Assembly (NCBI GenBank): GCA_964016885.1
Contig: OZ024743.1
Coordinates: 63,612,001 to 63,676,000 of the forward strand
Direction: 5' to 3'
DNA from: Eledone cirrhosa
Lineage: Eukaryota
Length of the DNA: 64,000 nt
Every line of letters begins with the position of its first letter. The first letter of the stretch is position 1. The position numbers and the translations under genes are program-made. Shown here in pieces: positions 25,521 to 39,340 of this stretch. Under the pieces are notes generated by a model. It saw nothing but the letters and a program-made list of their open reading frames with translations. It searched no databases and had not been told where the DNA came from.

Positions 25521-26411
25521 ATGCAATATTTAAATACCTTTTAACATCTTTTATTCTAAGGAAAATGGATATTACAACAGATGACAATAGAAGCCTTATG
25601 AATAGATTTGAGTACAGTACAGATCAGGGCAAAAGCCAGAAGGCTGCTACTATATATATATATATATAATTTATAAATTGACAAAACCAGTTGGGTAAGG
25701 AGACATTAAATGAACAGAAAATAAAAACAAGGAAAACAACATGGAAATCCGGCTTATCAGTTGTCCCCCATCAGACAATACAGACAGATAGACAGACAGA
25801 CAGACAGATAGAGAGACTGAGAGACAGACAGACAAATAGATAGATATATGAGTTGAACCTAGAGAAAGTGAGAGAGAGAGAAAGAAAGAGAAAGAGAGAT
25901 ATGTGTGTTTATGTGTGTCTGTGTGTGTGTATGTGTGCAAATACATCTATCTCTATCTCTTTCTATATATATACATCTTTCTATATATATTTATATACAT
26001 ATATTATTTATGTTGTGTGGTTTACCAATGGACATAACTGATCCTTCTGGTCAGTAAACTCTGATGTAATAGTAAGAAAAGCTCTCTACATAGTGTGTCT
26101 CATCCATTGTAGATGTTTTAATTCCGTGGCTGCTGCAGGAACAGAGTTAAAAATAGATTAAAACAACCGAAGGCTGGACTGGAAATATTTCATTAAAGTT
26201 TTAATGTTGCAAAAACCTTTATACATATTTCAGTGGCCAAGTTATATCTGACATATATGCGTTTATATGTGTGTGTGTGCATACTAATATATTTCTTCAT
26301 TGTACTGTGCCATTTGTTTTGTTATTTCTGTTTACTTTTTACATATATATATATACACATACACCCATGCTTGGCTATCTAACCCATGCTAGAGTGGAAA
26401 ATGGACGTTAA

Positions 26412-26443
<32 letters not shown>

Positions 26444-26478
26444 ATATATTTGTGTATCTATCTATCTTTATATATACA

Positions 26479-27339
26479 TCTATATATATAATGTTGTATT
26501 CCTGTCTGTTTGTTTAATTGTTTGTTTGTTTGTTCACGAACTACTCCTATGGTTTTGAAGATAGACCCCCATAACTATATATATTCTGAAATTACATTTC
26601 CCAGGGTACTTCATCATCATCATTTTATGTCCGCTTTTCCCTGCTTGCAAGGGTGGGACGGGAACTGATTCTGGCTTGATTTCTACAGCTGGATGCCCTT
26701 CCTAACACCAACCTCATTTACAGTGAGTGCTGGGTGCTTTTTTCTGTGGCATCTCCATGACCACTTTGCAGTGGAATGATAGGGACCCCAGTCCCTATCA
26801 TCTCATTTCTACAGCTGAGTAAACTGGAGCAATGTGAAATAAAGTGTCTTGCTCAAGGAAACAACACATCACCCGGTCGGAGAATTGAACACACAATCTT
26901 TCGATTGCAAGGCCAATGCTCTAAACACTAAGCCATGTGCCTCCATGGATAAGTATATTTCCTTTTAATCAAAGGGTTTCCCGGGGAAACAAATCCCTGC
27001 TGAAAACCCCACTGAAAATTTTTTCCCTTCGATTTATATGAAATTTAAACCATAGGTAAATGACAAGATATGATTCCTATTCACAAAAGTTTTGAATTGA
27101 TATTTTGAAAAAAATTATTTACAAGAAACAAAATAAGAATAAGATTTAATAATGTAAATTTTGATTTGATATATTACAAAAGATAATGTTTTCCAATTTT
27201 TCATACATTACATTTTACATTGAGTAATATTGAAATCCAGAGTTTTTCTCCATAAATTATATCACTGATTTAAAATCAATCATCATTTTCTTACAAAAAA
27301 AATGTGTGAAACGCAGCAACGCGCGGGTAATTCGGCTAG
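26479..27339 (+). mobile_element. Non-autonomous Helitron
   Basis: Starts A|TC tatatatata with (gttt)n; ends in a GC hairpin cgcagcaacgcgcg followed by CTAG|T; no TSD. Confidence 0.75.
26611..26945 (-). mobile_element. SINE family B nested in the Helitron
   Basis: Closely matches 8406-8742. Confidence 0.9.
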
Positions 27340-27571
27340 TGTATGTATATATTTAATAGTGGGTATGAATCAAAGTTGTAGCCACCATATAGCAGGTACT
27401 AATCGAGTTGTTTGAGGCAATATATATATATATGTGTGTGTGGGAGAGAGTGTGTTTGTGTGTATGAGCGTGTTTGTGTGTGTGTACATAGATATTTTCT
27501 AAAATAAGGCTGTTTGCTATCATGTGCTTCAGTGGTAAATATTCAGACTAATGGAATAAGAGATGTTTATT

Positions 27572-27607
27572 GGAGGAGGAGGAGGATGGGGGGGGGGCAG
27601 AGGAAGG

Positions 27608-27640
<33 letters not shown>

Positions 27641-27720
27641 AGAAGAAGAAGAAGAAGAAGAAGAAGAAGAAGACAGACAGACAGACAGACAGACAGACAA
27701 CAACAATAACAACAACAAAA
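27572..27720. repeat. (GAG)/(GAA)/(GACA)/(CAA) compound microsatellite
   Basis: Directly visible. Confidence 0.95.
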
Positions 27721-28173
27721 CAGCCCCGCCACATTTGAAATAGATAGAAATGTTCTGCAAGCAATTATTAGACACAAAACTAGAGGATTTCATTGGTTAG
27801 AAATATTTTGAAATACACAAACAGCAAGCACAGATTTGTGCAACAAAATATAATCTACTTCTGCATGCCAAAATCAAAACAACAACATCAACAACAACAA
27901 TAAAAAATATCTAATTGGAAAGATCAGATGCTTGGTATTGCTACATCGTGTATGTATTATGGTAACTTCACAATCAGAGTGCAAGTTTTGGAGTGTGTAA
28001 AGAGTTCTTATTTTGGGTTAAGGTGAGATGGGTTGAGTTGAGCTGATGTTAGATGAGATGAAATGATGTAGGCTAGATGAGGTATGGTTATATAGAAAAG
28101 TGAAGACTAATGCCCTTAATAAAGTGAGTATAAAGGTTTGGGTGTGTGTAAAACATTCTTACTTTGAATTAAA

Positions 28174-28470
28174 ATGAGCTGAGCTGAGGTGCAATGGATT
28201 TAGCTGATCAAAGATAGAGTAGATTGAACTGAGCTGATGTGCAATACATTGAGCTGAGCTGAGGTACAATGGATTGAGTTGATGTGCAATGAATTGAGCT
28301 GATTTGAGGTGCAATTAATTGAGCTGAGCTGAGGTACAATGGATAGAGCTGATCTGAGGTACAATGGATTGAGCTGATCTGAGCTGCAATGGACTGAGTT
28401 GATCAGAGGTGCAATGGATTGAGCTGATCTGACATGTAATGAGCTGAGCTGTCTTGAATTAAGTTGAGGT
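28174..28470. repeat. Pentamer-based minisatellite (gagct/gaggt/gcaat/ggatt), 25-30-bp units
   Basis: Directly visible. Confidence 0.85.
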
Positions 28471-28789
28471 AAGGACATATACATAGTTAGGTATGGGTTA
28501 ACATAATATAGTGAAAACAATAACAACAACCACAAATGTTTTAAACCCATTGTGCCTGTTAAAGCAGAAGTTAGTATTGCTAGCCTTATGGTAGGTTTCA
28601 TCCTCGTCAATGAGCTCCTTATAGAGGCAATGTTTTACAGTTGAAAACCCTTCATGATACCAATCCTTTTAGTCACCTCTTATAACATACAGGGATACAG
28701 TCCACCTATTCTAAAGTAGGTACATACAGTTGTGTGTGTGTGTTTACATGTGCTGTTTGTTTATGTCTCAACTTGGAAGTTCATCAAAT

Positions 28790-29050
28790 AGAATAGTGGT
28801 TGAGGTGTTCGCCTAACAATTGTGAGGTTTTGAGTTTGATTTCCAGACTGTCCTGTGCAATGTGTCCTTGAGCAAGACACTTTATTTCACATTGTCCCAG
28901 TTGACTCAGCTGTATCAGCTTTCCCTTGAACAACATCAGTATTGTGGAGAGGGATGACTGGCATGATTGAATGACTGCTGGTCTTCCATAAAAATACCTT
29001 GCCTTCAGAGGGGAACTTTCAAGGTACAAAATCCATCATTATTTATGACC
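28790..29050 (+). mobile_element. Older CORE-type SINE with a different tail
   Basis: tRNA-like head and gtgtccttgagcaagacactttatttcaca. Confidence 0.65.
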
Positions 29051-29394
29051 AAAGGGTGGTCTTTTTTACTTTAAATACTAGATTTTAAAAAAAATAGTAC
29101 TGAGGCCAATACAATTAAATAAAATCCCTTCAAGATGATTCCCCAACAGGGCTGCAGTCTGACTGAAACCAATAAAAGACTAAAAGATTAGTCATTATTT
29201 GATCCCATCCCTCAATATTCTGAAAACTCAGTGTACCCAAGCATATTATTATATTTGTTTTACTGATTCAAGTCATTGATTGGTGGCCATGATGTAGCAC
29301 TGTCTTCAATTATATTAGATAATCATACTTATTTTGGTCTTGAGAGGTTTCTATCAAATGACGAAGTCAATTTTTATGTAAACAGATACCATTC

Positions 29395-29640
29395 AACACA
29401 CACATATGCCTGCATACATGCACATGCATACACACATGCACATACATGCATGTACACATATGAATATACACATATATGCACACATATGCATGCATACATG
29501 TGCATGCACACACATGCATGTATACACATATGCATGCACACATACACTTGCATGCACTCACATATACAAGCACATACATATATGCATATACCTGCACATG
29601 CATGCATCCACGCACACAAGTACATACACACTTATATATA
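29395..29640. repeat. Degenerate (CA/CATG)n
   Basis: Directly visible. Confidence 0.9.
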
Positions 29641-30130
29641 TTTTCTGATCATGTAATTGTGGCAATCCCCAATAAAGCATCAGAAAACGCATATTTAAAA
29701 TGTCCTCTTATTTAAAAACAGAAAAAAACTCATCAATGGTCTTAGCCCAAATTAGAATTTTCAACAGATACAACATCAGAAGAAGCAAAGAAAAATAATT
29801 AGCAGCAATCAAACCCAAGTAATTGCAATAATTATATGCATAAAATTCTAAAATGCCAGGAATTATTGTCAAATTAGCTTGTAGAATTTGAGGCATTTAG
29901 GGGAGTTGAGCCACTGACAAGGTTTTTGTCATTGATAGCTGCTCACTGTACTGGCAAATTGGGTGGTGTTCCTGGTAAAGGTGCTTAGTTATTCCAGCAT
30001 CTTAGCCTTGTTATCACCTGTGGCAGTTCTGTGAGTGTGTTAGCTTGCCTAAAACATTATTAAAGGGAAATTCTTGCACCCTATGTTGTAGTGTATAATT
30101 GAATGTGAGTGTTTTTGTTTTAGTTTTTTT

Positions 30131-30161
<31 letters not shown>

Positions 30162-30454
30162 CATTTCCTTTTATTTTTGTTTTTTCTCTGATTATTTTCT
30201 TTCTGTAAATTGATAATCTTTTGATAATCCATGTAAAGGAGATATTAACTTCTGTTAAAAAACAAATGAAAATTGACAACGAAGGGAATGTGAAGGATGA
30301 ATTCACCCTTTCATGACCATATTTCTTGTAAATTACACTATTGGTTTCAGTAAATTTTGAAAGTAATGGAAACTTTAGAAGGACCAAGTCAAATAATTAT
30401 TTTTTTTATTTTTAGTTAGGTATTTGGAACTTAACAAAATTGGGTCTTATCTAA

Positions 30455-31192
30455 AATAATGGTTCTGATTTAGGCACAAGGCCAACAATTTGAGAGGAAG
30501 GGAAAGTTGATCAAATCAACGCCAGTGTATTACTGATACTTTATTTTATTGACCACATAAGGATGAAAGGCAAAACTAACCACAGCAGGATTTGAACTCA
30601 GACCGTAAAGGACAATAACTCTATGCTGCAAAGCATGGTGTCCGACTCTTTACCGATTCTGCCAATCCACCACCCATTAAAATAATTGTTTCTACTTTAG
30701 GCACAAGGCCAGCAATTACCCAGTGCATTACTGGTACTTTATTTTATCGACCCCGTAAGGATGAAAAGCAAAGTCAACCTCGGCGGGATTTAAACTCAGA
30801 TCGTAAAGGGACGTAACTATGCTGCCAATCCACCGCCAATCCACCACCCATTAAAATAATGACGGGAGGTTTTAATTTAACTACGAGCAATTTAAAATCA
30901 GAAGTTTTGTATGGAAATTAGGAGCAGTCATGGCGAGCTGGTACTAAAAGGGTTAAAAGAAAGAGAACATTTTATTTCATTAACTTATAACTGAAATAAT
31001 TGTTTCTACTTTTGGCACAAGGCCAGCAATTACCCAGTACATTACTGGTACTTTATTTTATCGACCCCGTAAGGACGAAAGGCAAAGTTAACCTTGGCGT
31101 GATTTGAACTCAGAATGGCAAGGGGCGTAACTCTATGCACCAAAGCATAGTGTCTGACCCTCTACCGATACTGCCAATCCAACTGAAATAAT
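30455..31192 (-). mobile_element. Three SINE family A copies
   Basis: ~30455-30675, 30681-30848 (TSD attaaaataat) and 30995-31180 (TSD aactgaaataat). Confidence 0.88.
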
Positions 31193-32390
31193 GTTGCAAT
31201 AGAGCACTTCCTGGCATCAAAATTACACTTTATTTCTTTTCTTTTGAAAAAGAAGTTCTAACCTCAAAATATCCTGAAATATAAGGTAAAAGTGTAAACT
31301 GCTGTTTTGTTTTGTTGTTCTTATTTTACTTTACTCCTCTCTAGTTTTCATTCTTGTATTTCTAACTTGCATTGTACTGGCTTTCCCCAAACAATCCTAA
31401 CCACATATTTCACAATGTTTCATATGAACTACAGTGTAATATCTCAATTAGCGATTTGGGTTTGGATTCAAGCTGTGGGAACAAAATATATATAATGTGC
31501 ATGCAAATGATGTGTTTGTCAAAGTGAATAGAAAATTACGTTTTGGAAGAGCGAGTCATTGAAGACGAAATATTTTCTTTGATATAATATAAATGGCTTT
31601 TAGTTATCAATCCGGCATTGTTCGTTTTGTCATTATATATGACAACAAATATAGTTATATGGGTTGATATGAGTTTCTGCAAACATTGGTCTACGTTGGT
31701 TCTTTGAATAAAATGATCATCATTGTTCTTCAACATGATATACTAACAAAGTTTTAAAATCTGTATACTAAATGGAAGATTATTAACTGCTAGTAGTACA
31801 TAACCAATTGTTTTTCAGATGACAGGCAGAATAAGTAATATTCTGCTTCTTCACTAAACTGTAACAAAGCTATGTTTATGGATTGTATATGTATGTATCA
31901 TCATCATCATCGTTTTACATCTAGCGTGGGTTAGACAATGTATGTATGTATATGTACGTCTGTATATATATATGTATGTATATATGTATGGATGTATGTA
32001 TTATCATCATCATCATCACCATGATTTAACATCCCTGCTAGCAAGGGTTAGATACATATATAATTCAGAATGGTTTTCTGAAGGGGATCAAAAGGGAACC
32101 ACAGTTAAATAAGGTATTCAATACATTAATAGAGAAGGTACATATTCATTTCATATAGAAATGACTTCTAGAGCACTAGAATGAATGAAATAGTTCTAGT
32201 CCTGTAGAATTCATATATATATATATCCAAAATAAATTAAATTAAATTAAATTAAGGGAGTCATGTCTGAGACATGCGCCATATTCACCGTAGAATAAGC
32301 TCAAAGATTCCAATGAATAGATCCGAGCATTTTATATCAACTAGAAATTGATTGACATATATATATATTTAAAATAATCACATGAAACAA

Positions 32391-32511
<121 letters not shown>

Positions 32512-32689
32512 CATCATCCTCATTATCATCATCGTTGCTTAATCTCCATTTTCCATGCTTTCATGAGTTAGATAGGTTGTCACATTATGAAACAAGTCAA
32601 GTCAGGTGACCAAAGATTGGTATTTTGGCTTGGCATCTACACTGAATACCCTTCCTAAAACTAACGATTTTACAGAGTTAGAATTTACA

Positions 32690-32833
32690 ATGATTATAGT
32701 AAGGAAGTTAATGTGCAAGTTGGAGTCCACCACGGGTCTGTTCTTAGACCTCTCCTGTTTATTAGTGTCTTGCAGGCTATAATGGAAAAGTTTTAGATTG
32801 GCTGTCCATGAGAACTCTTATTTGCAATTGCTG

Positions 32834-32835
<2 letters not shown>
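32690..32835 (+). mobile_element. RTE RT fragment
   Basis: VQVGVHHGSVLRPLLFISVLQAIMEKF*IGCP*ELL matches the RTE RT at ~62.0 kb. Confidence 0.8.
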
Positions 32836-32899
<64 letters not shown>

Positions 32900-34459
32900 T
32901 ATAGTAGATAAATATACTTAGATATATATATAGAGAGAGACAGATAGACAACACTGTTGGCAGAGAACATTTTAGAATATTCCACCTTCCTTCTTTTCAT
33001 CTTACATTTAAGTTCTATATTCTATGAATTCTAAATAAAAAAAAATGTAGAACATCTACAACAGACCTTAGCATTTGTGTGTGACAGACGATCAAAGTGG
33101 TTGTGCAGTTATTATAATAAAGATTTACTAACAACAGTAAGATAATAGAGCAAATATGGAATAGTATCAAAATATTATAACCTTTTCATGAGTTTGCATA
33201 GAGAACTTTCACAAATCTACATTTTTTTTATGGAAAATAACTGTTTAAAACTATTTTATAGTTTGACAAAATTATCAATGTTTGCTTTGAGCTAGATTGA
33301 TGGTGAAGTTTACTAAAGCAAAACATGAAGGTGTGTTTATTCATGTCCTGTTTTATAGTGGGAGGCAGTGAACTGAGTTCTTAGGTGTAATATTAAGTGC
33401 TTTGGTATTTGTTCTAATTCACTTGAGTTTGACTTCAAATCCTGTCAAAGTCAACTTTGCCTTTCATCCTTTTGAGGTCAAAAAATAAATTATCTGCCCA
33501 GTATTGTGGTTGATTTTCCTCTACCCTACCCTTCTTTATCATTTTCTGTTGCCCTCTCTCCTTTCTCTGAAAGAAATCAGCTGTATTCAGACCTGAGGAG
33601 AGATTGGCTCTGTTAGGTTTGAAATGATCAAGACATGTCTTAGGACTGTCTCTACATTTCCATCAAGAGTTAAAGGCCCTTTCCTTTTCCCTATTTTATG
33701 GTTTAGTCAGAGAAACTGCAATCTGCAACAGGAATATGTAACCCCTGTTTGTGTTAGCTTCTGAAAGGCCAAAATGACAAAGATATTTTGGCCCAAACGG
33801 AAGACCTGGCATAAATAAATAATTTCACAGAACTATATCTTGCTCACATGTTCTATATGTTAGCAATTTAGCAATGTTTCTACAGCAGAATGCCCTTACT
33901 AATAACAATGGTGCCCTTACTAATGCCAAAAATGGCAACAGTAATTTGCGTTTGTAAGACAATTCAATTCCTACTCCTTCTTCCACTCCCCTACCAATGT
34001 AAACATACATTTGTCTGATTCATTAATGACTGAAAGATTTCTCTGTTAGATATTGTTGCTGTTGTTGTTGTAGTAGTTGTGGTTATAACATCATTGTCAT
34101 TTGTATTGACTTCTTTTTCTTATTTTTCTTTCATTCTTTCTCTGAAGGGGGAAATGACAGCAAATTTTAATAGATTTGGAAATACTATATAAAACAGGGT
34201 AATTTTTTTATACTAAAAAAATACTACAAAAAAAATAAAAGTAGATTAATGACATCGGCTCTGGACAGGATAAAAAGCTGTCATATGCAAGTGATATTAA
34301 GACAAGCAATAGGTATTCAACTATGTTTCTTCATGAATATTCATTAAGGTTTCTAGCCAACAGCCATATATTCTAAACAGCCAATATTGGAGTTTATATT
34401 TAACAATAGAAAGAATATTGCTACAAAAATAATAGTAATAATTAAGTAAATAATAATAA

Positions 34460-34650
34460 TAATAATTGTTTCTACTTTTGGCACAAGGCCAGCAATCACC
34501 CAGTGCATTACTGGTACTTTATTTTATCGACCCCGTAAGGATGAAAGGCAAAGTTAACCTCAGCGGGATTTGAACTCAGATCCTAAAGGGACGTAACTCT
34601 ATGCTGCAAAGCATGGTGTCTGACTATCTACCGATACTGCCAATCCACCA
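34460..34650 (-). mobile_element. SINE family A
   Basis: Full consensus between (AAT)n runs. Confidence 0.9.
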
Positions 34651-36040
34651 ATAATAATGGTTTCATTTATTGACCACAAGGGCTGACATATAGGGGACAA
34701 TACAGTAGACAATAAAAAATAGGAAAGCAATAACAATAAACAAGAAAAATACAACAATGAAAATTCCCCAATAGGGGGGGGGGGTAACCACCCAGGGTTG
34801 ACTCAGGGGCACCCGGGAAGGGTACTCCTCTCCTCCTCAAATTCGCATGATCAGAGTAGGCCCACTCACACAGGCCATTCTCGCCACATTCACCCACCTT
34901 TCAGCAAATGGCTCTTCTCTCTCCACCCTCACCTTCTTTTCCAAGTGAAACTTGAAGAAGTTGATCAGAGATTGGCCGAAAAGAAAAGTGTCTGTCTTCA
35001 GTCCTTTCAACCTGGTCCACCGTACAACCTCTTTCGCTACTGACACCAAACAATAGAAAGGTATATGAGGCTTTTGTACCTCCCACTCCTATTGGCTACT
35101 TCCACACAATCCCAGCATGCATCTAAGATGCCATTCCAGTCCCCTGCTAACAGTAAAAAGAAAGGCTTCCAGGCGTCTAAAGAAGTTCAGCCGTCTGGCC
35201 CCAGTAGGGGCAAAGATGGCCACCAGTCTAAAGGCACCACCTTCACTATTGTTCATGTCCAAGACCACCAACTTACTGTCTGGGTCCTGGGAGATCGACC
35301 TTACAACAAAACAATGCGGCCTTCTGCTCTCAGCCATTACATGTACCACATTCTCGTTCTGGAGATGGATGTGGTCCTGGATTGTTTTTACATTCTTGGG
35401 CCTGATCTGGAGAAATATTTCAACCCTGGACCAGTCCGCCCTGGCAGTCCTTGTAACCTCTATCAGGATGGTATCCATCCCCTCTACAATCACGCATCCC
35501 AGGAGCCACCACATATCAAGTCCTGGTGGAATCCTGGGAATGCGGACACGAGCCTTTCGTTTTCCCATACAGGAGGGGTACATAATGAACTTGCTGGTTT
35601 TGCAAGGGGTCATTGCATGTTTCATAGCGAGGGCTTCTGACTTAAACAGCACCAAAATGGTGCTGTATTGTCTGCCCCTTGCTATGTATTCAGTGTCATC
35701 CCTGATGCACCTCAGCGCGGCTTCAATATCTGCCTGGGCAATTAAAGTCACCCTCTTTGTTTCTGCTGAGATGCATTTGAAATGCACCATTCTACGCTCC
35801 ACTGCTCCAATGGCTTCTGCCAGGACAGTTAAGTAGACCCAGCTGGGGGGCTCAGCTATGTTTTTTTTTCGATAACTCTTTTTTTTAGATACACAAAGTT
35901 CAAATATTTGGCCCTTCATGCTAAAGACAGAAGTCTTACGGCCCTTTTTACAAAATGTAATAATTATTACAAATTAAAATAAACTGAAAATTTACCACTT
36001 TTGCAGAGCTCCAAAAAGACATCTACACTGTCTGACAGCC
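34651..36040 (-). mobile_element. Internally deleted Tx1-family element retaining both ends
   Basis: 5'UTR + ORF1 + endonuclease piece (DPDSKLVVLD..AFRLVAIFAPTGA) + ORF2 C-terminus (KGLKTDTFLFGQSLINFFKFHL) + 3'UTR; (ATT)n on both flanks. Confidence 0.88.
35089..35919 (-). pseudogene. In-frame ORF1-endonuclease fusion ORF (276 aa) produced by deletion
   Basis: ORF track; the junction at RPHCFV|VRSISQDP joins ORF1-like to APE-like sequence. Confidence 0.7.
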
Positions 36041-36079
<39 letters not shown>

Positions 36080-36084
<5 letters not shown>

Positions 36085-36275
36085 TTTCTAGTATAGGCAC
36101 AAGGCCCGTAATTTAGGGGAAGGGGAAAGTCGATTAAATCGACCCTAGTGCGTGACTGGTACTTTATTTTATCGACCCCGAAAGGATGAAAGGCAAAGTT
36201 AACCCCGGCGGGATTTGAACTCTGATCATAAAGGGCCGTAACTCTATGCTGCAAAGCATGTTGTCTGATGCTCTA
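36080..36275 (-). mobile_element. SINE family A
   Basis: Consensus; ends tagaaatc(att)n. Confidence 0.9.
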
Positions 36276-36287
36276 AATAATAATAAT

Positions 36288-36420
36288 AATGGTTTCTTTA
36301 TTAGCCACACAGGGTTTACATTAAGAGAACAATAAAGACAGTAGAGGACAATACAATTTGGGGATTTTTTGTGTAAGAGAAAGGTTTATAATGAAGACTA
36401 AAAAAAATAAACATTTAAAA
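36288..36420 (-). mobile_element. Tx1 3'UTR remnant
   Basis: Matches 24.0-24.08 kb (tgtaaaccct.tgtgg.taataaagaaa.cattatt). Confidence 0.7.
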
Positions 36421-37019
36421 AATCAAAACATTACAAATGTAGAGAAGTAAATCAGACTGTGGAACACCACATTAACTGCTCTCTGCTATCCAACCTGTGC
36501 AGCTTAAAAGACTTTGCAGACTTCAATGAAAATGTGAAGAGCCATGTGGAGAGGTAGAAAGCAGCTATATGACCTCTGTACTTACTTCAAAGTAATGACA
36601 GCAAGAAGAAACATACAGACAGTCCACTATATAGCGCATATAAGCCTGATATCATTCTCTCATTCTCCATGACAACAATGACAATAGAATACTAATTATC
36701 GACATAAAAATATCAAACTAGTATAATGTTGTACAGAAGTAAGCTGAAAAACTAAGGAATTAAACTGACCTAGAATTTGAACTTTATGGTTAAGGAATGT
36801 ATTTATTATCATTTCATTTGTAATTGGCAGAACTGGAGGTATGCACAACCATTTCAATAAAGACATTGGCAGATAATTCATATGAATAGATGTAGACAAG
36901 GTTCAGAAAATAACAATACTAAGATATGAAAACATTGTTAAAGTATTCTAAGACAATAATTTGAAAGCCATAAACAATTTTGTTAAATTTAAATATACTC
37001 GTATGTTAACTTTGAATAT

Positions 37020-38670
37020 TTATGTTAACCTAGGATATTTGTCTTAACCCTAAACACCTCTAAACATGTTTTCCACTAACCGTACTTGTTAATCCTAAAT
37101 GCCTCTAAACAGGTTTTCTATTGACCATCCTTGTTACTCTTATACACTTCTAAACATATTTTCTATTGAACATCCATGATAACCCTAAGCACCTCTAAAC
37201 ATGTTTTTCCTTTAACATCCTTGTTAACCCTAAACATATCTAAACTCGTTTCTCACTTACCTTCCTTGTTAACCCTAAACACCTCTAAACATATTTTCCA
37301 CTAACCATGCTTGTTAACCCTAAACACCTCTAAACATGTTTTCCACTAACCATGCTTGTTAACCCTAAACACCTCTAAACATGTTTTCCACTAATCATCC
37401 TTGTTAAACCTAAACACATCTAAACATGTTTTCTATTGACCAACGTTGTTAACCCTAAACACCTCTAAATATATTTCCCACTAACCATCCTTGTTAACCC
37501 TAAACACCTCTAAATGTTTTCTATTGACCATCCTTGTTACCCCTACACACCTCAAAACATGTTTTCTATTGAAAATCCTTGTTACCCCTACACACATCTA
37601 AACATGTTTTCTATTGACCATCCTTGTTACCTTTAAACACCTCTAAACATATTTTCTATTGAACATTCTTGATAGCCCTAAACACCTCTAAATATGTTTT
37701 CAACTTACCCCTAAGTCCCTCTAAGTATGTTTTCCTGTTAACATCTTTGTTAAACCCAAACACCTCTAAACATGTTTTCTATTGAGAATCCTTGTTAACC
37801 CTAAACACTTCTAAACATGTTTCCACTAACCATGCTTCTTAACCCTAAACACCTCTAAGCATGTTTTCTATTGGCCATTCGTGTTACCCCTAAACACCTC
37901 TAAACATGCTTTCTATTGACCATCGTTGTTAACCCTAAACACCTCTAAACATGTTTTCCACTAACCGTACTTGTTAACCCTAAATGCCTCTAAACAGGTT
38001 TTCTATTGACCATCCTTGTTACCCTTATACACCTCTAAACATATTTTCTATTGAACATCCTTGATAATCCTAAGCACCTCTAAACATGTTTTCCCTTTAA
38101 CAACCTTGTTAACCCTAAACATATCTAAACATATTTTCCACTAACGATCCTTGTTAACCCTAAACACCTCTAAACATGATTTCCACTAACGATGCTTGTT
38201 AGCCCTAACACCTCTAAACATGTTTTCTATTGGCCATTGTTGTTAATCCTAAACACCTCTAAACATGTTTTCCACTAACCATCCTTGTTAACCCTAAACA
38301 CCGCTAAACATGTTTTCTATTGAGCATCCTTGTTAACCATAAACAGCTCTAAACATGTTTTCTATTGGCCATTTGTGATAGCCCTAAACACCCCTAAACA
38401 TGCTTTCTATTGACCATCGTTGTTAACCCTAAACATCTCTAAACATGTTTTCCACTAACTGTACTTGTTAATCCTAAATGACTCTAAACATGTTTTCTAT
38501 TTACCATCCTTGTTACCTCTAAACACGTCTAAACAATTTCTATTGAACTTCCTTGATAACCCTAAACACTTCTAAACATATTTTCTATTGAACTTCCTTG
38601 ATAACCCTAAACACCTCAAAACATGTTTTCTATTGACCATTCTTGTTAACCTTAAATATGTCTAAACAGA
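37020..38670. repeat. 45-bp tandem satellite, roughly 36 units
   Basis: Unit ccttgttaaccctaaacacctctaaacatgtttt(ccactaac|ctattgac)cat; period 45 (37271 to 37316). Confidence 0.97.
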
Positions 38671-38939
38671 CAATTTGGTATTAAAAAGTTGTAGATGGTA
38701 GTAAGAAGAAACATTTTTTTCATCATTTTTTTCTGGAGCTTTTGTTGTTCTGTTAAGCACAGCTTGACAAATGTTTGAAGTCATGGTCATCAGCTATGAA
38801 ACTACTAACTACATAAACAATCTGATTGTTTAACACAACCTTTCGATTTCTCCCCTTCTCTTCCCCTATTTCTATTTTATTCAATCTGGTATTATTCGAT
38901 CTAGAGAGGTGTAAAGTTAATCTAAACTAGATTGTCGTC

Positions 38940-39340
38940 ATCATTATCATCATCTTCATCATCATCAATGTTAATTTTCCTTGCTAGCATGGGTTGGACA
39001 CCAGCTCTCAGGAGTTTGTCATGTCTCTAGCACAGGTAAAGAATTCTCTCTACCCTTTATTAGGCAAATTTTCTATGGCTGGATGCTCTTTCTATAAGCA
39101 ACAACTTTACAGAGTGTACTGGGTGTTTTATCATATCGCTAACACTAGAGAGGTTGTCTCTCAACATTACTTTGGCATAGTTTCTACAGTTGAATGTACT
39201 TCCTATCACCTTACAGGGTGTACTGGGGCATGTTTGTGGCACCAACAATAGAAAGGTTTTTGTGTCATGACTAAAGGGTCTTCTCCTTTTTGGCATAGTT
39301 TCTATGGCTGTAAGCCCTTCCTAACACCAACCACTTTAAA
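38940..39340 (-). mobile_element. Degenerate RTE-tail-derived element with internal repeats
   Basis: gctagcatgggttggac, ctggatgc..ttcctaacaccaacc and tacagagtgtactggg motifs. Confidence 0.55.

Noticed and set aside
33870-33960. Small exon candidate (QNALTNNNGALTNAK)
   Set aside because: There is only an acceptor-like site and a short internal repeat, with no homology or further support.
37020-38670. CRISPR array or true telomeric tract
   Set aside because: Units are contiguous with no unique spacers, there are no cas genes, the context is eukaryotic, and TTAGGG is not tandemly repeated.
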